NCBI GenBank assembly: GCA_035552655.1
Contig: DASZLD010000038.1
Span: 3,165 to 67,164, forward strand
Source of the DNA: Acidimicrobiales bacterium
GTDB taxonomy: Bacteria > Actinomycetota > Acidimicrobiia > Acidimicrobiales > RAAP-2
Direction of reading: 5' to 3'
DNA length: 64,000 bases
Of this stretch, positions 1-8,744 are shown in pieces (the first letter of the stretch is position 1; each line of letters begins with the position of its first letter). A model generated the notes under the pieces. It made no database searches, was not told the origin of the DNA, and worked only from the letters and a program-made list of their open reading frames with translations. The position numbers and the translations under genes were made by a program.

Positions 1-460
1 TGAGGTCCCGTAGGTCACGGTCGTCGAGCATGCCAAGCCCCAGCGCTATCTCGTTGACGGCCCGGGTGGCCCGGGCGGCCAGCGCACGGCCTTCGGCGGT
101 CACTTCGGCCAGGGTGGTCCGACCATCGGTGGGATGGGCCACCCGTCGCACCAGCCCCTGGGCCTCGAGCCGGTCGATGATGTTGGTGACACTCGTCGGG
201 TGGATCATCAACCGGTCGCCCATCTTGCCCAGCGGCAGGGATCCCTGGCGGCTGAAGGACAAAAGGACCAATCCCTCGTACCGAGCGAAGGTCAGCTCGA
301 ACGGACGCAGCACGCCGTCGACCGCAGCCAGAACCACCTGTTGCGCCCGCATGATCGACGTGGCTGCGGCCATGGCGTCGCTGGCTTCCGCGTCCCACCG
401 CTTGGCCCACTGGGACCGGGCCTCGTCGATGGGATCGAACTGGAGGGGATGAGCGCTCAC
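1..460 (-). CDS. MarR family transcriptional regulator (C-terminus lies beyond the window start)
   Basis: Manual minus-strand translation from GTG at 460: VSAHPLQFDPIDEARSQW...FARYEGLVLLS...LGKMGDRLMIHPTSVTNIIDRLEAQGLVRRVAHPTDGRTTLAEVTAEGRAL. This is a winged-helix MarR signature. It is absent from the ORF track because no stop falls inside the window. Confidence 0.8.
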   Translation of the reverse strand, partial: MSAHPLQFDPIDEARSQWAKRWDAEASDAMAAATSIMRAQQVVLAAVDGVLRPFELTFARYEGLVLLSFSRQGSLPLGKMGDRLMIHPTSVTNIIDRLEAQGLVRRVAHPTDGRTTLAEVTAEGRALAARATRAVNEIALGLGMLDDRDLRDL

Positions 461-502
461 CGACTGAAGGGTAGCGGGGGGCCCACCCGTCGAGCCTGGT
501 CC

Positions 503-1135
503 TCAGGCCAGTGGAATCCCCAGGACCGACGAGAGCTCCTCTATGGCCACGTCCGGCGCGACGACCTTGATCGTGTGCATGCCCATGGCCCGGGCCGGTT
601 TCAGATTGATGCCCAGGTCATCCAAATAGACGACCTCGTCGGGGGCCACCGACAACGCCTCACAGGCCATCTCGTAGAAGCGAGGGTCGGGCTTGCGCAC
701 TCCGACCTTGGACGACTCGATCACCAGATCGAACAGGGCGTAGATCTCGGCGATGTCCGGGCGATCGGTGGCCAGGTCGACCGTGCGTTCCAACAGGAAA
801 TTGTTGGTCAGGCAGGCCGTCTTGAACCGTTCCGCACAGCGGCGCACCGCCTCGACCATGGCCGGTCGAACCTCACCCACCAGGCCAGCCATCACCTCGG
901 CCGCGTCCACACGGTGCCCGAGAGCCAACGCCTCGGCTTCGAAGAGCAGGCAGAACTCGGACATGCCCACATCGCCCCGTTCGAGCTGGGCCCAGGCGTT
1001 CTCGTGGGGATTGGTCGAGTTGATGGTCCGGATGGTGCCCACGGGAAGCCCCGCGCCTTCCTCATAGCGTTGGAAGGCATCGAAGGGACTATCGGTGATG
1101 ACACCGCCGAAGTCGAACATGACCGATCGGATCAC
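503..1135 (-). CDS. HAD-superfamily hydrolase (subfamily IA-like phosphatase)
   Basis: The N-terminal motif I is FDFGGV (DxG variant). The C-terminal part has KPDPRFY and YLDDLGINL, which are typical HAD motifs. 210 aa. Confidence 0.85.
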   Translation of the reverse strand: MIRSVMFDFGGVITDSPFDAFQRYEEGAGLPVGTIRTINSTNPHENAWAQLERGDVGMSEFCLLFEAEALALGHRVDAAEVMAGLVGEVRPAMVEAVRRCAERFKTACLTNNFLLERTVDLATDRPDIAEIYALFDLVIESSKVGVRKPDPRFYEMACEALSVAPDEVVYLDDLGINLKPARAMGMHTIKVVAPDVAIEELSSVLGIPLA

Positions 1136-1191
1136 CGCCGCCGTCCTTTCGAGCTGTCACCGACATGACTGGGGGTCAGGATGGTCATGGG

Positions 1192-2001
1192 TCAGCCGGC
1201 CTGCTGGCGGGCCCGCTCGATGAGCGCCACCCGACGTTGCTCGATGAGCGCCGGATCGATCCCCGCTCCGAGGAACGCCTCGGCCGTGCGGATCTCCTGG
1301 GCCAGCGCGGCCGGACCGCCGCCGGAGAACCCGGCGTACTCGGACACCATCACTCGGGTAGCCGAGGGCTCGGCCGAGGCGATGTCCGCGGCCAGGGCTC
1401 GAGCCACGGCCAACAGCTCCTCGGCGGGGACGACCCGGTTGACCAGTCCCACCCGGCATGCCTCGTCTGCACTCATGAAGTTCCCGGTCAGGCTCATCTC
1501 CCGGGCCACCCGGACGCCCACCGCCTGGGGCAAGAGGACGGACATACCCCAGAAGGGGACGAGCCCCACCCGGGTATGGGTGTCGGCGAACCGGGCCTGA
1601 TCCGAGGCGATGAGGAAGTCACAGGCCAGGGCCAACTCCAGCCCTCCGGTGACCGCGGCACCGTTGATCGCCCCGATCAAAGGCTTGGTCAGTTGCGGCC
1701 AGGGCCGCCCGTCGGCGGGGCGGATGTTCGCCCCCGAAGCAGCCATCTCCTTCAGGTCCAAACCGGCACAGAAGGCCCGCCCGGCACCGGTCAGGACCAG
1801 GACGTCGACATCGGCCTGGGCATCGAGTTGGCTCATGTGCTCGGCCAGCTGGGTGAGCATGAGAGCGCTCAAGGCATTTCGGGCCTCGGGACGGTTGAGG
1901 GTGATGACGGCGATGCGATCGTTCACATCCACCAGGACCAGGTCAGGCACTCGATTCCTCGCTTTGTCCGGTGTGTCGCCCTCGTGGACGGCAATCGGCA
2001 T
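1192..2001 (-). CDS. Enoyl-CoA hydratase/isomerase (crotonase family)
   Basis: Contains ITLNRPEARNAL, VLTGAGRAFCAGLDL and GAINGAAVTGGLELALACD. I chose the internal ATG at 2001 (MPIAVHEG) because the longer ORF to 2205 overlaps the divergent ligase gene. Confidence 0.85.
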   Translation of the reverse strand: MPIAVHEGDTPDKARNRVPDLVLVDVNDRIAVITLNRPEARNALSALMLTQLAEHMSQLDAQADVDVLVLTGAGRAFCAGLDLKEMAASGANIRPADGRPWPQLTKPLIGAINGAAVTGGLELALACDFLIASDQARFADTHTRVGLVPFWGMSVLLPQAVGVRVAREMSLTGNFMSADEACRVGLVNRVVPAEELLAVARALAADIASAEPSATRVMVSEYAGFSGGGPAALAQEIRTAEAFLGAGIDPALIEQRRVALIERARQQAG

Positions 2002-2146
2002 CGTAACGTCCTGGTCGACAGCAGCACCCCTCGTGACCGCCGAGCCGGCACTCCCCTCCCACCGCCGGCCCTCTGGGATCGCATCTGGCCACGGGGGTTC
2101 GTTAGGGTGCCAGGGCGCGATCGATTGAACAGAGGAATTCAAGACC

Positions 2147-3652
2147 GTGAATCTCATGATGCTGCTTGATATGGCCATGTCCGGCCACCCCTCCCGTGTC
2201 GCCATTGGCAGCGGCGACGATGGGCTCAGCTACGAGGAGCTCTACCGAAGGGCCGGCATCGCCGCGGCACGGATCCGTCGGGACGGCGTGGCCCACGTGG
2301 CTTACGTCGGCACCAACTCGCCCGCCTTCGCCGTCGCCGTGTTCGCCAGCTCGTGGGCCGGGGTACCGGTCCTGCCTATCAACTACCGGCTGGGCCATGA
2401 GCAAGTGACCGGTCTGCTCGACAAGCACGAGGACGTGCTGGTCATTGCCGACGATCAGGCCAAGGCCAGCTTGTCGGGCGTGAACCATCCCGTGATCGAC
2501 CGGGACGACTGGATGACGTCGACGGCCATCGGCCCGGCCTGCGACGAGTGGCCGAACGACCCGGAGGGCATCGCCGTCCTTCTCTATACCAGCGGCACGA
2601 CCTCGGCCCCCAAGGCGGCCATCCTCCGGCACCGTCACCTCCTCTCGTACGTCTTCTCCTCAGTCGACTTCGGCGGGGCCGACGAATCCGATGCCGTGGC
2701 CGTGACCGTCCCCCCCTACCACGTGGCCGGTGTGGCCAATCTGGTCAGCAACCTCTACGCCGGCAGGCGGCTGGTCTATCTCGACGCCTTCAGCCCCGAG
2801 GTGTGGCTCGAGACCGTCCGCCAGGAGCAGGTGACCCACGCCATGGTGGTGCCCACGATGCTGGCCCGGATCGTCGAGTCCCTGGCCGGCCAAGACGACG
2901 CCGGCGTGGCCTCGCTGCGGACGCTCTCCTACGGGGGATCCCGGATCGCCCCTTCGATCGTGGCCCGAGCGCTCGAGCTGTTTCCGACCACCGACTTCGT
3001 CAACGCCTACGGACTCACCGAGACCAGCTCGACCATCGCCCTCCTCGGGCCCGAAGACCATCGATCAGCCATCGAGAGCGATGCGGCCGAGATCCGAGCC
3101 CGCCTGGGCTCAGCCGGGCGGCTCATCCCCGGCATCGAAGCCGAGGTGCGAGGCCCTGACGGCTCGAGCCTCCCGATCGGCGAGCCCGGTGACCTGTGGC
3201 TCCGAGGCGAACAGGTGTCGGGCGAGTACCTCTCGACAGAGTCACCGCTCGACGCCGAGGGATGGTTCCCGACGCGCGACCGGGCGTACTTCGATGACGA
3301 GGGCTACCTGTTCATCGAGGGACGATCGGACGACACCATCATCCGCGGCGGCGAGAACATCGCCCCGGCCGAGATCGAAGAGGTCCTGGTCCAACATCCG
3401 GCGGTGGCCGATGTGGCCGTCGTAGGTGTGGCCGACGATGAATGGGGCCAGCGGATCGCCGCCGTCGTGGTTCCGGTCCCCGGTGAGCTGATCGACGGAG
3501 ACGAGCTTCGGGCCTTCGTACGCAAGCAACTGCGCACGTCAAAGACGCCCGACCAGATTGTGGTGTGGGAGGAGCTTCCCTACACGGACACCGGCAAGCT
3601 GCTCCGGCGAACAGTGGCTGCCGGGCTGGCCGCCTCGGCCGGCGAAGCGTGA
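2147..3652 (+). CDS. AMP-dependent acyl-CoA synthetase/ligase
   Basis: Has the AMP-binding motif LLYTSGTTSAPK, then YGLTETS and a C-terminal GKLLRR. 501 aa. Confidence 0.85.
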   Translation: MNLMMLLDMAMSGHPSRVAIGSGDDGLSYEELYRRAGIAAARIRRDGVAHVAYVGTNSPAFAVAVFASSWAGVPVLPINYRLGHEQVTGLLDKHEDVLVIADDQAKASLSGVNHPVIDRDDWMTSTAIGPACDEWPNDPEGIAVLLYTSGTTSAPKAAILRHRHLLSYVFSSVDFGGADESDAVAVTVPPYHVAGVANLVSNLYAGRRLVYLDAFSPEVWLETVRQEQVTHAMVVPTMLARIVESLAGQDDAGVASLRTLSYGGSRIAPSIVARALELFPTTDFVNAYGLTETSSTIALLGPEDHRSAIESDAAEIRARLGSAGRLIPGIEAEVRGPDGSSLPIGEPGDLWLRGEQVSGEYLSTESPLDAEGWFPTRDRAYFDDEGYLFIEGRSDDTIIRGGENIAPAEIEEVLVQHPAVADVAVVGVADDEWGQRIAAVVVPVPGELIDGDELRAFVRKQLRTSKTPDQIVVWEELPYTDTGKLLRRTVAAGLAASAGEA

Positions 3653-3688
3653 TCACCTCGGGCGACTGAGGCAAGGCGTGAGGGCTCG

Positions 3689-4285
3689 CTAAGGCCGGAC
3701 GAGCGGGGCGCACAAGGCGACGAGGGCGATGGTGATGAGCTCGTCGCGTACGTGGCCCACGGCCGAGAGATAACCGATCCGTACCACCGGGCGATAGAGG
3801 ATGGCGATGGCTGCACCGGCCCGGAGCTCGTCTGACTCGCAGGGGGCCGAGGCCATGGTGAGGCGGACCAATCGTTCGGCCTGGTCGGCCACCCGAGATG
3901 CCACCGATGGGTGCCGAGCAACTCCCGCATCGAGAATCACCAGCTGGGCCACGTCTTGCAGCTCGATCATCAGGTCGAAGAATCGCTCGAGCACGGTCGT
4001 GGCCGACAGGGGCGTGCCCGAATCGATCGCTTGCTCGCCGGCGCTGATCAGCTCGTCGAGGCCATCCAAATAGGGCGCGATCAGGTCGGCGAGGAGGTCG
4101 TCTTTCGCCGGGAAGTAGTAGTAGAGCCCGGCCATGGTGATACCCACGGACTTGGCGATGTCCCGAAGGGATCCTCCTGAGTAGCTCCGCTCCAGGAAGT
4201 GCGCAAGCGCAGCGCGGCGGATCTGGTCGCGCTTGCTGAGCTGGTCGCCTGTGGTCGGATTTGGGGTTTGGGCCATCGTCGCCAT
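3689..4285 (-). CDS. TetR family transcriptional regulator
   Basis: N-terminal HTH: RRAALAHFLERSYSGGSLRDIAKSVGITMAGLYYYFPAKDDLL. The alternative start at 4276 (second Met) fits a leaderless arrangement behind a TACCAT -10-like hexamer. Confidence 0.85.
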   Translation of the reverse strand: MATMAQTPNPTTGDQLSKRDQIRRAALAHFLERSYSGGSLRDIAKSVGITMAGLYYYFPAKDDLLADLIAPYLDGLDELISAGEQAIDSGTPLSATTVLERFFDLMIELQDVAQLVILDAGVARHPSVASRVADQAERLVRLTMASAPCESDELRAGAAIAILYRPVVRIGYLSAVGHVRDELITIALVALCAPLVRP

Positions 4286-4289
4286 GGTA

Positions 4290-4359
4290 CCTACCTGTCG
4301 ACCGCTTGCAATTCGACCGGCTTTCCGTCATGCTGGTTACTGAGCGGTCGACAGGTAGG
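4290..4359. promoter_or_regulatory. Perfect 17-bp inverted repeat flanking a palindromic TTGCAA in the TetR/chitinase divergent intergenic region
   Basis: CCTACCTGTCGACCGCT (4290-4306) and its exact reverse complement AGCGGTCGACAGGTAGG (4343-4359) are separated by 36 nt. TTGCAA at 4306-4311 could serve as a -35 box on both strands. Confidence 0.5.
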
Positions 4360-4400
4360 GATCAGCTGCTCACCATGCGGGCCAGATCACGGGAGGAACT

Positions 4401-6362
4401 GTGGGCGCAATTCGCACCATCAACGATCGCCGGACGCGCCGGTCGGACCAGAGGACCGATCCGCCGTCGACCAGGAGGCGATTGCCGGGGATCTCGCGGC
4501 TCCTGGCCGTGGCCGCCCTGGCCGGGCTCTCGGTTCCGGCCGTACTCGGTCTCAGCGCGCCGGCGGCGACCGCCGCGACCAGCACGTCCCTCACGGCGAC
4601 TTTCCAGAAGACATCCGACTGGGGAACCGGCTACGTCGCCAACTACAACATCGTCAATGGAGGGGCACCGACCAGCAGCTGGACGTTGAAGTTCCAGCTG
4701 CCGAGCACGGAGACGGTCACCAGCTCGTGGAGTGGCAACCTCTCCCATGTCGGTACCACGTACACGGTGACGAACGCCTCGTGGAACGGCGCTCTGGCCA
4801 CCGGTGGTACTGCCACCTTTGGGTTCCAGACCACGTACACCGGTGGCTTCGTCGCTCCGACCCAGTGCACGCTCAACGGACAACCCTGCTCGGGTCCCAC
4901 TGGCGGCACCGGCTCAAGTGGGACCGGTTCAGGTGGGACCGGCTCAGGTGGTTCAGGTTCGACCGGTACTGGTTCGGGCGGCACGGGTTCGGGCGGGACC
5001 GGCACTCCGGCACCCTCCCCGGTCACCGCCACGTTCGCCAAGACCTCTGACTGGGGTTCGGGGTTCGTGGGCTCGTACACGCTCGTAAACACGGGTGCCC
5101 CGATCACCTCGTGGACCCTCAAGTTCTCACTCCCGGCCTCGGAATCGATCACGAGCGCGTGGAGCGGCAACCTGGCGAACAGCGGCACGAGCTACACGCT
5201 GACCAACGCGGATTGGAATGGAACACTGGCCACCGGCGGAACAGCCACTGTCGGGTTCCAGGGGACCTACAGCGGGACCTTCGTCGCTCCGACCAGCTGC
5301 ACCATCAATGGTGGGGCCTGTTCGGCAAGCACTGGCACTGGCACTGGCACTGGCACTGGCACTGGCACTGGCACTGGCACTGGCACTGGCACTGGCACTG
5401 GCACTGGCACTGGCACTGGCACTGGCACTGGCACGCCGACCAATACGGGGAACTTCACCTTTGCTCCCTACGTTGACGCAACCGTCGACACCCCGCCGTT
5501 CGACCTCGTCAACGCCATGCAGGCATCGGGAACCAAGGACTTCACGCTGGGCTTCGTCGTATCCCAGGGCAACACCTGTGAAGCCAGTTGGGGCAGCTTC
5601 TACCCGGTCAACACGGACTACTACGCGGCAGGCATCGCCGCCCTGCGCAAAGCGGGCGGAGACGTCATCGTCTCCTTCGGCGGCGAGGCCTCCACTGAGC
5701 TCGCCGATACCTGCACTTCAGTTGCCGCCCTCCAGGCTCAGTACCAATCGGTCATCACTACGTACGGCCTGACCCATATCGACTTCGACATCGAGGGCGC
5801 GGACGAAGGAAACACCGCATCTCTGGCTCGGAGAGGGGCGGCAATAGCAGGGCTGGAGCGAGCCAACCCGACATTGACGGTCTCCCTCACCTTGCCCGTT
5901 CTCCCCACCGGCCTGGACTTCAATGGTCTCAGCGTGCTCAACACCACGATCGGTGCCGGCGCCCGCGTCGACCTGGTCAATGTGATGGCGATGGACTACG
6001 GCGGTGCGGCACCGAATCCCAGCGGACAGATGGGCGCCTATGCCATCCAAGCGGCAAAGGCAACGGAAGCGCAGCTGGCCAAGATCTTCCCGTCGGACAC
6101 ACCGGCACAACTCTGGAAGATGGTCGGCGTGACCCCGATGCTGGGCGTCAACGACACCACCGACGAGGTCTTCGGGGTCAACGATGCGCAACAGCTCGAG
6201 ACGTTCGCCTCGCAGGTCGGAATGGGCCGGTTGTCGATGTGGGCGGCCACACGAGACGTCTCGTGCCCCGGTGGCGCTCAGGGATTCGCCAGTGATACCT
6301 GCAGCGGCATCACCCAGCAACCGTTTGCCTTCTCAACGGTTTTCGCCGCTTTCGACGGGTAA
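4401..6362 (+). CDS. Exported chitinase: two tandem CBM2-type carbohydrate-binding modules plus a GH18 catalytic domain
   Basis: GTG start with a GGGAGGA Shine-Dalgarno sequence. The signal peptide is RR-containing. Two CBM2-like modules are present (WGTGYVANY...WNG.LATGGTATFGFQ..Y). Gly/Ser/Thr and (TG)n linkers follow, and GH18 is supported by HIDFDIEG (DxDxE). Confidence 0.85.
   Translation: MGAIRTINDRRTRRSDQRTDPPSTRRRLPGISRLLAVAALAGLSVPAVLGLSAPAATAATSTSLTATFQKTSDWGTGYVANYNIVNGGAPTSSWTLKFQLPSTETVTSSWSGNLSHVGTTYTVTNASWNGALATGGTATFGFQTTYTGGFVAPTQCTLNGQPCSGPTGGTGSSGTGSGGTGSGGSGSTGTGSGGTGSGGTGTPAPSPVTATFAKTSDWGSGFVGSYTLVNTGAPITSWTLKFSLPASESITSAWSGNLANSGTSYTLTNADWNGTLATGGTATVGFQGTYSGTFVAPTSCTINGGACSASTGTGTGTGTGTGTGTGTGTGTGTGTGTGTGTGTGTPTNTGNFTFAPYVDATVDTPPFDLVNAMQASGTKDFTLGFVVSQGNTCEASWGSFYPVNTDYYAAGIAALRKAGGDVIVSFGGEASTELADTCTSVAALQAQYQSVITTYGLTHIDFDIEGADEGNTASLARRGAAIAGLERANPTLTVSLTLPVLPTGLDFNGLSVLNTTIGAGARVDLVNVMAMDYGGAAPNPSGQMGAYAIQAAKATEAQLAKIFPSDTPAQLWKMVGVTPMLGVNDTTDEVFGVNDAQQLETFASQVGMGRLSMWAATRDVSCPGGAQGFASDTCSGITQQPFAFSTVFAAFDG
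5331..5434 (+). repeat. Perfect hexanucleotide microsatellite (ACTGGC/GGCACT) x ~17 encoding a (Thr-Gly)n linker
   Basis: Read directly from the sequence: an uninterrupted actggc repeat from 5331 to about 5434, with no substitution. It lies between the second CBM2 module and the GH18 domain. Confidence 0.95.
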
Positions 6363-6600
6363 CTGCACCGACATCGAGGATGGGACACCGGTCATCGGGG
6401 AGGCCGGAATCAGTTCGGGGTAGTGGGTCGGTTCGAAACTGGCCTGCTGCCCCGTTCCGGTCTCCGGAGTGCTTCCGGCGCAGCCAACCAGGCTGTTGGC
6501 ATCGCAAGGATGGGAGCGCCCGCACGTTCTTCACAGGAGCGGCACGTCCGGCGACGTCCCTGGTCACGCCGGTCTCGGACGAGGAGGCACAAGGAACCAT

Positions 6601-7599
6601 ATGCGGACACGACGGATCGGTCCCCTACTCACAGCGGCGATGCTTTGCATGACCGGGATCTTGACGGCTGGAGTGGTCAGCATGACGCCTGCCAATGCGG
6701 CATCACCACCGTCGTCCGGCAATGGCGCTTCGCCCAACTATCCGGTGCCCTACACCTTTTTGGCCAACATCGCCGCTGCTCCCAATGGGCCGAACACCCC
6801 GCCCCCCGGAGCAAATGATTGGACATGCAAGCCGACGGCCACCCATCCCGAACCGGTGATCCTCGTGCACGGCTTGTTTGCCAACGAGACCGACAATTGG
6901 CAGACCATCTCGCCCCTCCTGGCCGACAACGGCTATTGCGTGTATTCCCTCACTTACGGCACCAACCCCGACTTCACCTCACCTCCTCTTGACGAGTTCG
7001 GTGGCTTGATACCGATGGAGCAGAGTGCCGCGGTACTCGGTACATTCGTGAACAAGGTGCTGGCTACCACCGGCGCGACCAAGGTTGACCTCGTCGGTCA
7101 CTCCGAAGGGGCCACCATGCCCGACTACTACATCAAGTACTTGGGCGGGGCGGCTCATGTCGACAACTTTGTCGGCCTCGCCCCCGTAGTGCATGGCACC
7201 GATGTTGCCGATCCGCTCATGATCCAAGAGATCGCCGATGCCTTCGGATACGGATCGTCCGAAGCACAGTTGCTCGGTCCGGTCTGCACGGCATGTGAGG
7301 AGTTCGCCCCCAACTCGGCATTCACCCAGAAACTCAATGCCGGTGGCGTCGCCGTACCCGACGTGCGCTACACCCAGATCATGACCCAACACGACGAGTT
7401 AGTGGTCCCGTATACGAACGGGGAGATAACCGGGACGAACAGTACGAACATCATCGTGCAGGACCAGTGTCCGCTGGACTTCGCCGACCACGTCTCTCTG
7501 GCCTCAGACCCTGTGGCCGCACAGGATGTGCTCAACGCCCTGGACCCGGCCCAAGCACAACCGCCGCCCTGCACCCTCGTCGCCCCTGTCGTCGGCTAG
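6601..7599 (+). CDS. Secreted alpha/beta-hydrolase, lipase/esterase-like
   Basis: ATG at 6601 follows a GAGGAGG Shine-Dalgarno sequence. The signal peptide is MRTRRIGPLLTAAMLCMTGILTAGVVSMTPANA. The nucleophile elbow is VGHSEGA (GxSxG). The upstream 44 codons of the track ORF look non-coding. Confidence 0.7.
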   Translation: MRTRRIGPLLTAAMLCMTGILTAGVVSMTPANAASPPSSGNGASPNYPVPYTFLANIAAAPNGPNTPPPGANDWTCKPTATHPEPVILVHGLFANETDNWQTISPLLADNGYCVYSLTYGTNPDFTSPPLDEFGGLIPMEQSAAVLGTFVNKVLATTGATKVDLVGHSEGATMPDYYIKYLGGAAHVDNFVGLAPVVHGTDVADPLMIQEIADAFGYGSSEAQLLGPVCTACEEFAPNSAFTQKLNAGGVAVPDVRYTQIMTQHDELVVPYTNGEITGTNSTNIIVQDQCPLDFADHVSLASDPVAAQDVLNALDPAQAQPPPCTLVAPVVG

Positions 7600-7742
7600 G
7601 GAAAGCCATCTGCCCGGAGTCCCGGCACCAGCGTGGCCATAGCCGGCCTGGTTTGCCAAAGCAGCCACAGGGTATTTCCCCTCCGGGAAGGACAGAGCGT
7701 TCAGGCGGTCTGGCTCTCCCATCGACGAGGAGAGGAGTCGCC

Positions 7743-8558
7743 ATGACGACGACGCTCGGTCAGACGACCGGTGGGGGTGGGTACGGACTTCATCGGCAGA
7801 CAATGGGGGAGGCACGCACCAAAGTGCGGTCTTCATCGATCAGCTTGGGCATGGTCGGCTTCATCGCCCTCATCGTCTCAGCCTGGGGCGGGATCGTCCC
7901 CTTCGTGGGACCGACCTTTGGGTTCAGCGCCGACGGGGCCGTTTCCTGGCATTGGGATCTCAGTCATGTCGTCCTGGCGCTGATCCCCGGTGCTGTGGGC
8001 TGCATCGCCGCCCTCACTTTCTTGGCGCCGGTCAATGCCACGGTCACGCGCCGACGTCTGAGCCTCACCACGGCCGGAGTCATCGGGATCGCCAGCGGGG
8101 CCTGGTTCGTCGTCGGGCCATTGGCGTGGCCGGTGTTGGTGAACACCCACTCCTACTTCGTCGTCGCCACACCGCTCCGGGCGCTGGAGTACCAGATCGG
8201 CTACGCGCTCGGACCGGGCCTCATCCTGGTCATGTGCAGCGCATTCGCGATGGGTTGGGCGGCCCGGCACAACCGGCCGCTCGAGGCAATGGGGGCGAGT
8301 CGGGACGTTTCGGACATGGCCGGGCCAACCCTGGTCCGAGATCCTGCCACCACACCCCAGCCCACGGTGGTGCCCCAGGCCCAGCAGCCTGCGGTAGTGC
8401 CCCAGGCCCAGCAGCCCGCGGTGGTGCCCCAGCCCCAGAGCCAGCACCTGGCCACCGAAGGGGAGGTCTTCGGGAGCCAGACCGCCACTCCCGGCCCATC
8501 CGGAGCCGCGTCGGCCGAGTCGACACCGAGCACCGACCCGCCCCCGTCTCTCCCCTAG
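7743..8558 (+). CDS. Hypothetical integral membrane protein with a Pro/Gln-rich repeat tail
   Basis: ATG at 7743 follows AGGAGAGGAG. There are about four hydrophobic segments. The C-terminal tail carries VVPQAQQPA repeats. No family was recognised. Confidence 0.6.
   Translation: MTTTLGQTTGGGGYGLHRQTMGEARTKVRSSSISLGMVGFIALIVSAWGGIVPFVGPTFGFSADGAVSWHWDLSHVVLALIPGAVGCIAALTFLAPVNATVTRRRLSLTTAGVIGIASGAWFVVGPLAWPVLVNTHSYFVVATPLRALEYQIGYALGPGLILVMCSAFAMGWAARHNRPLEAMGASRDVSDMAGPTLVRDPATTPQPTVVPQAQQPAVVPQAQQPAVVPQPQSQHLATEGEVFGSQTATPGPSGAASAESTPSTDPPPSLP
8367..8438 (+). repeat. 27-bp tandem repeat x ~2.7 (VVPQAQQPA) inside the membrane-protein gene tail
   Basis: The copies are gtggtgccccaggcccagcagcctgcg / gtagtgccccaggcccagcagcccgcg / gtggtgccccagccccag. 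Confidence 0.85.
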
Positions 8559-8669
8559 CCCCCGGGCCCACGGCGCGGGCTCGTGCCACTGGCCGGCCTT
8601 CGGCCCCAAACCGTGGTCCAGCACCCATCGTGATCTGATATTCCGATTGCACGGATCGCAATAAACTGT

Positions 8670-8698
8670 TTGACAGATATACTCCATCTAGGCACAAT
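8670..8698 (+). promoter_or_regulatory. Candidate sigma70-type promoter upstream of the cNMP-binding gene
   Basis: TTGACA (8670-8675), a 17-nt spacer, then CACAAT (8693-8698). It sits in a locally AT-richer stretch about 47 nt upstream of ATG 8745. Confidence 0.35.
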
Positions 8699-8744
8699 TG
8701 AATTGGTCGAACACCGGACATGGCCGGATAGATGGAGGTCAGCG

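Noticed and set aside
5111-5476. ORFs translating the hexamer repeat as (His-Trp)n (5111-5476), (Ala-Leu)n (5218-5772) or antisense (Pro-Val)n (5267-5458).
   Set aside because: These are alternative-frame readings of the (GGCACT)n tract inside the chitinase gene. The chitinase frame is continuous with recognisable CBM2 and GH18 domains on both sides.
6420-6450. A GGTTCGAAAC string resembling a tRNA T-loop in the chitinase-lipase intergenic region.
   Set aside because: No acceptor stem, D-arm or anticodon arm can be folded from the flanking sequence. I consider it an isolated chance match.
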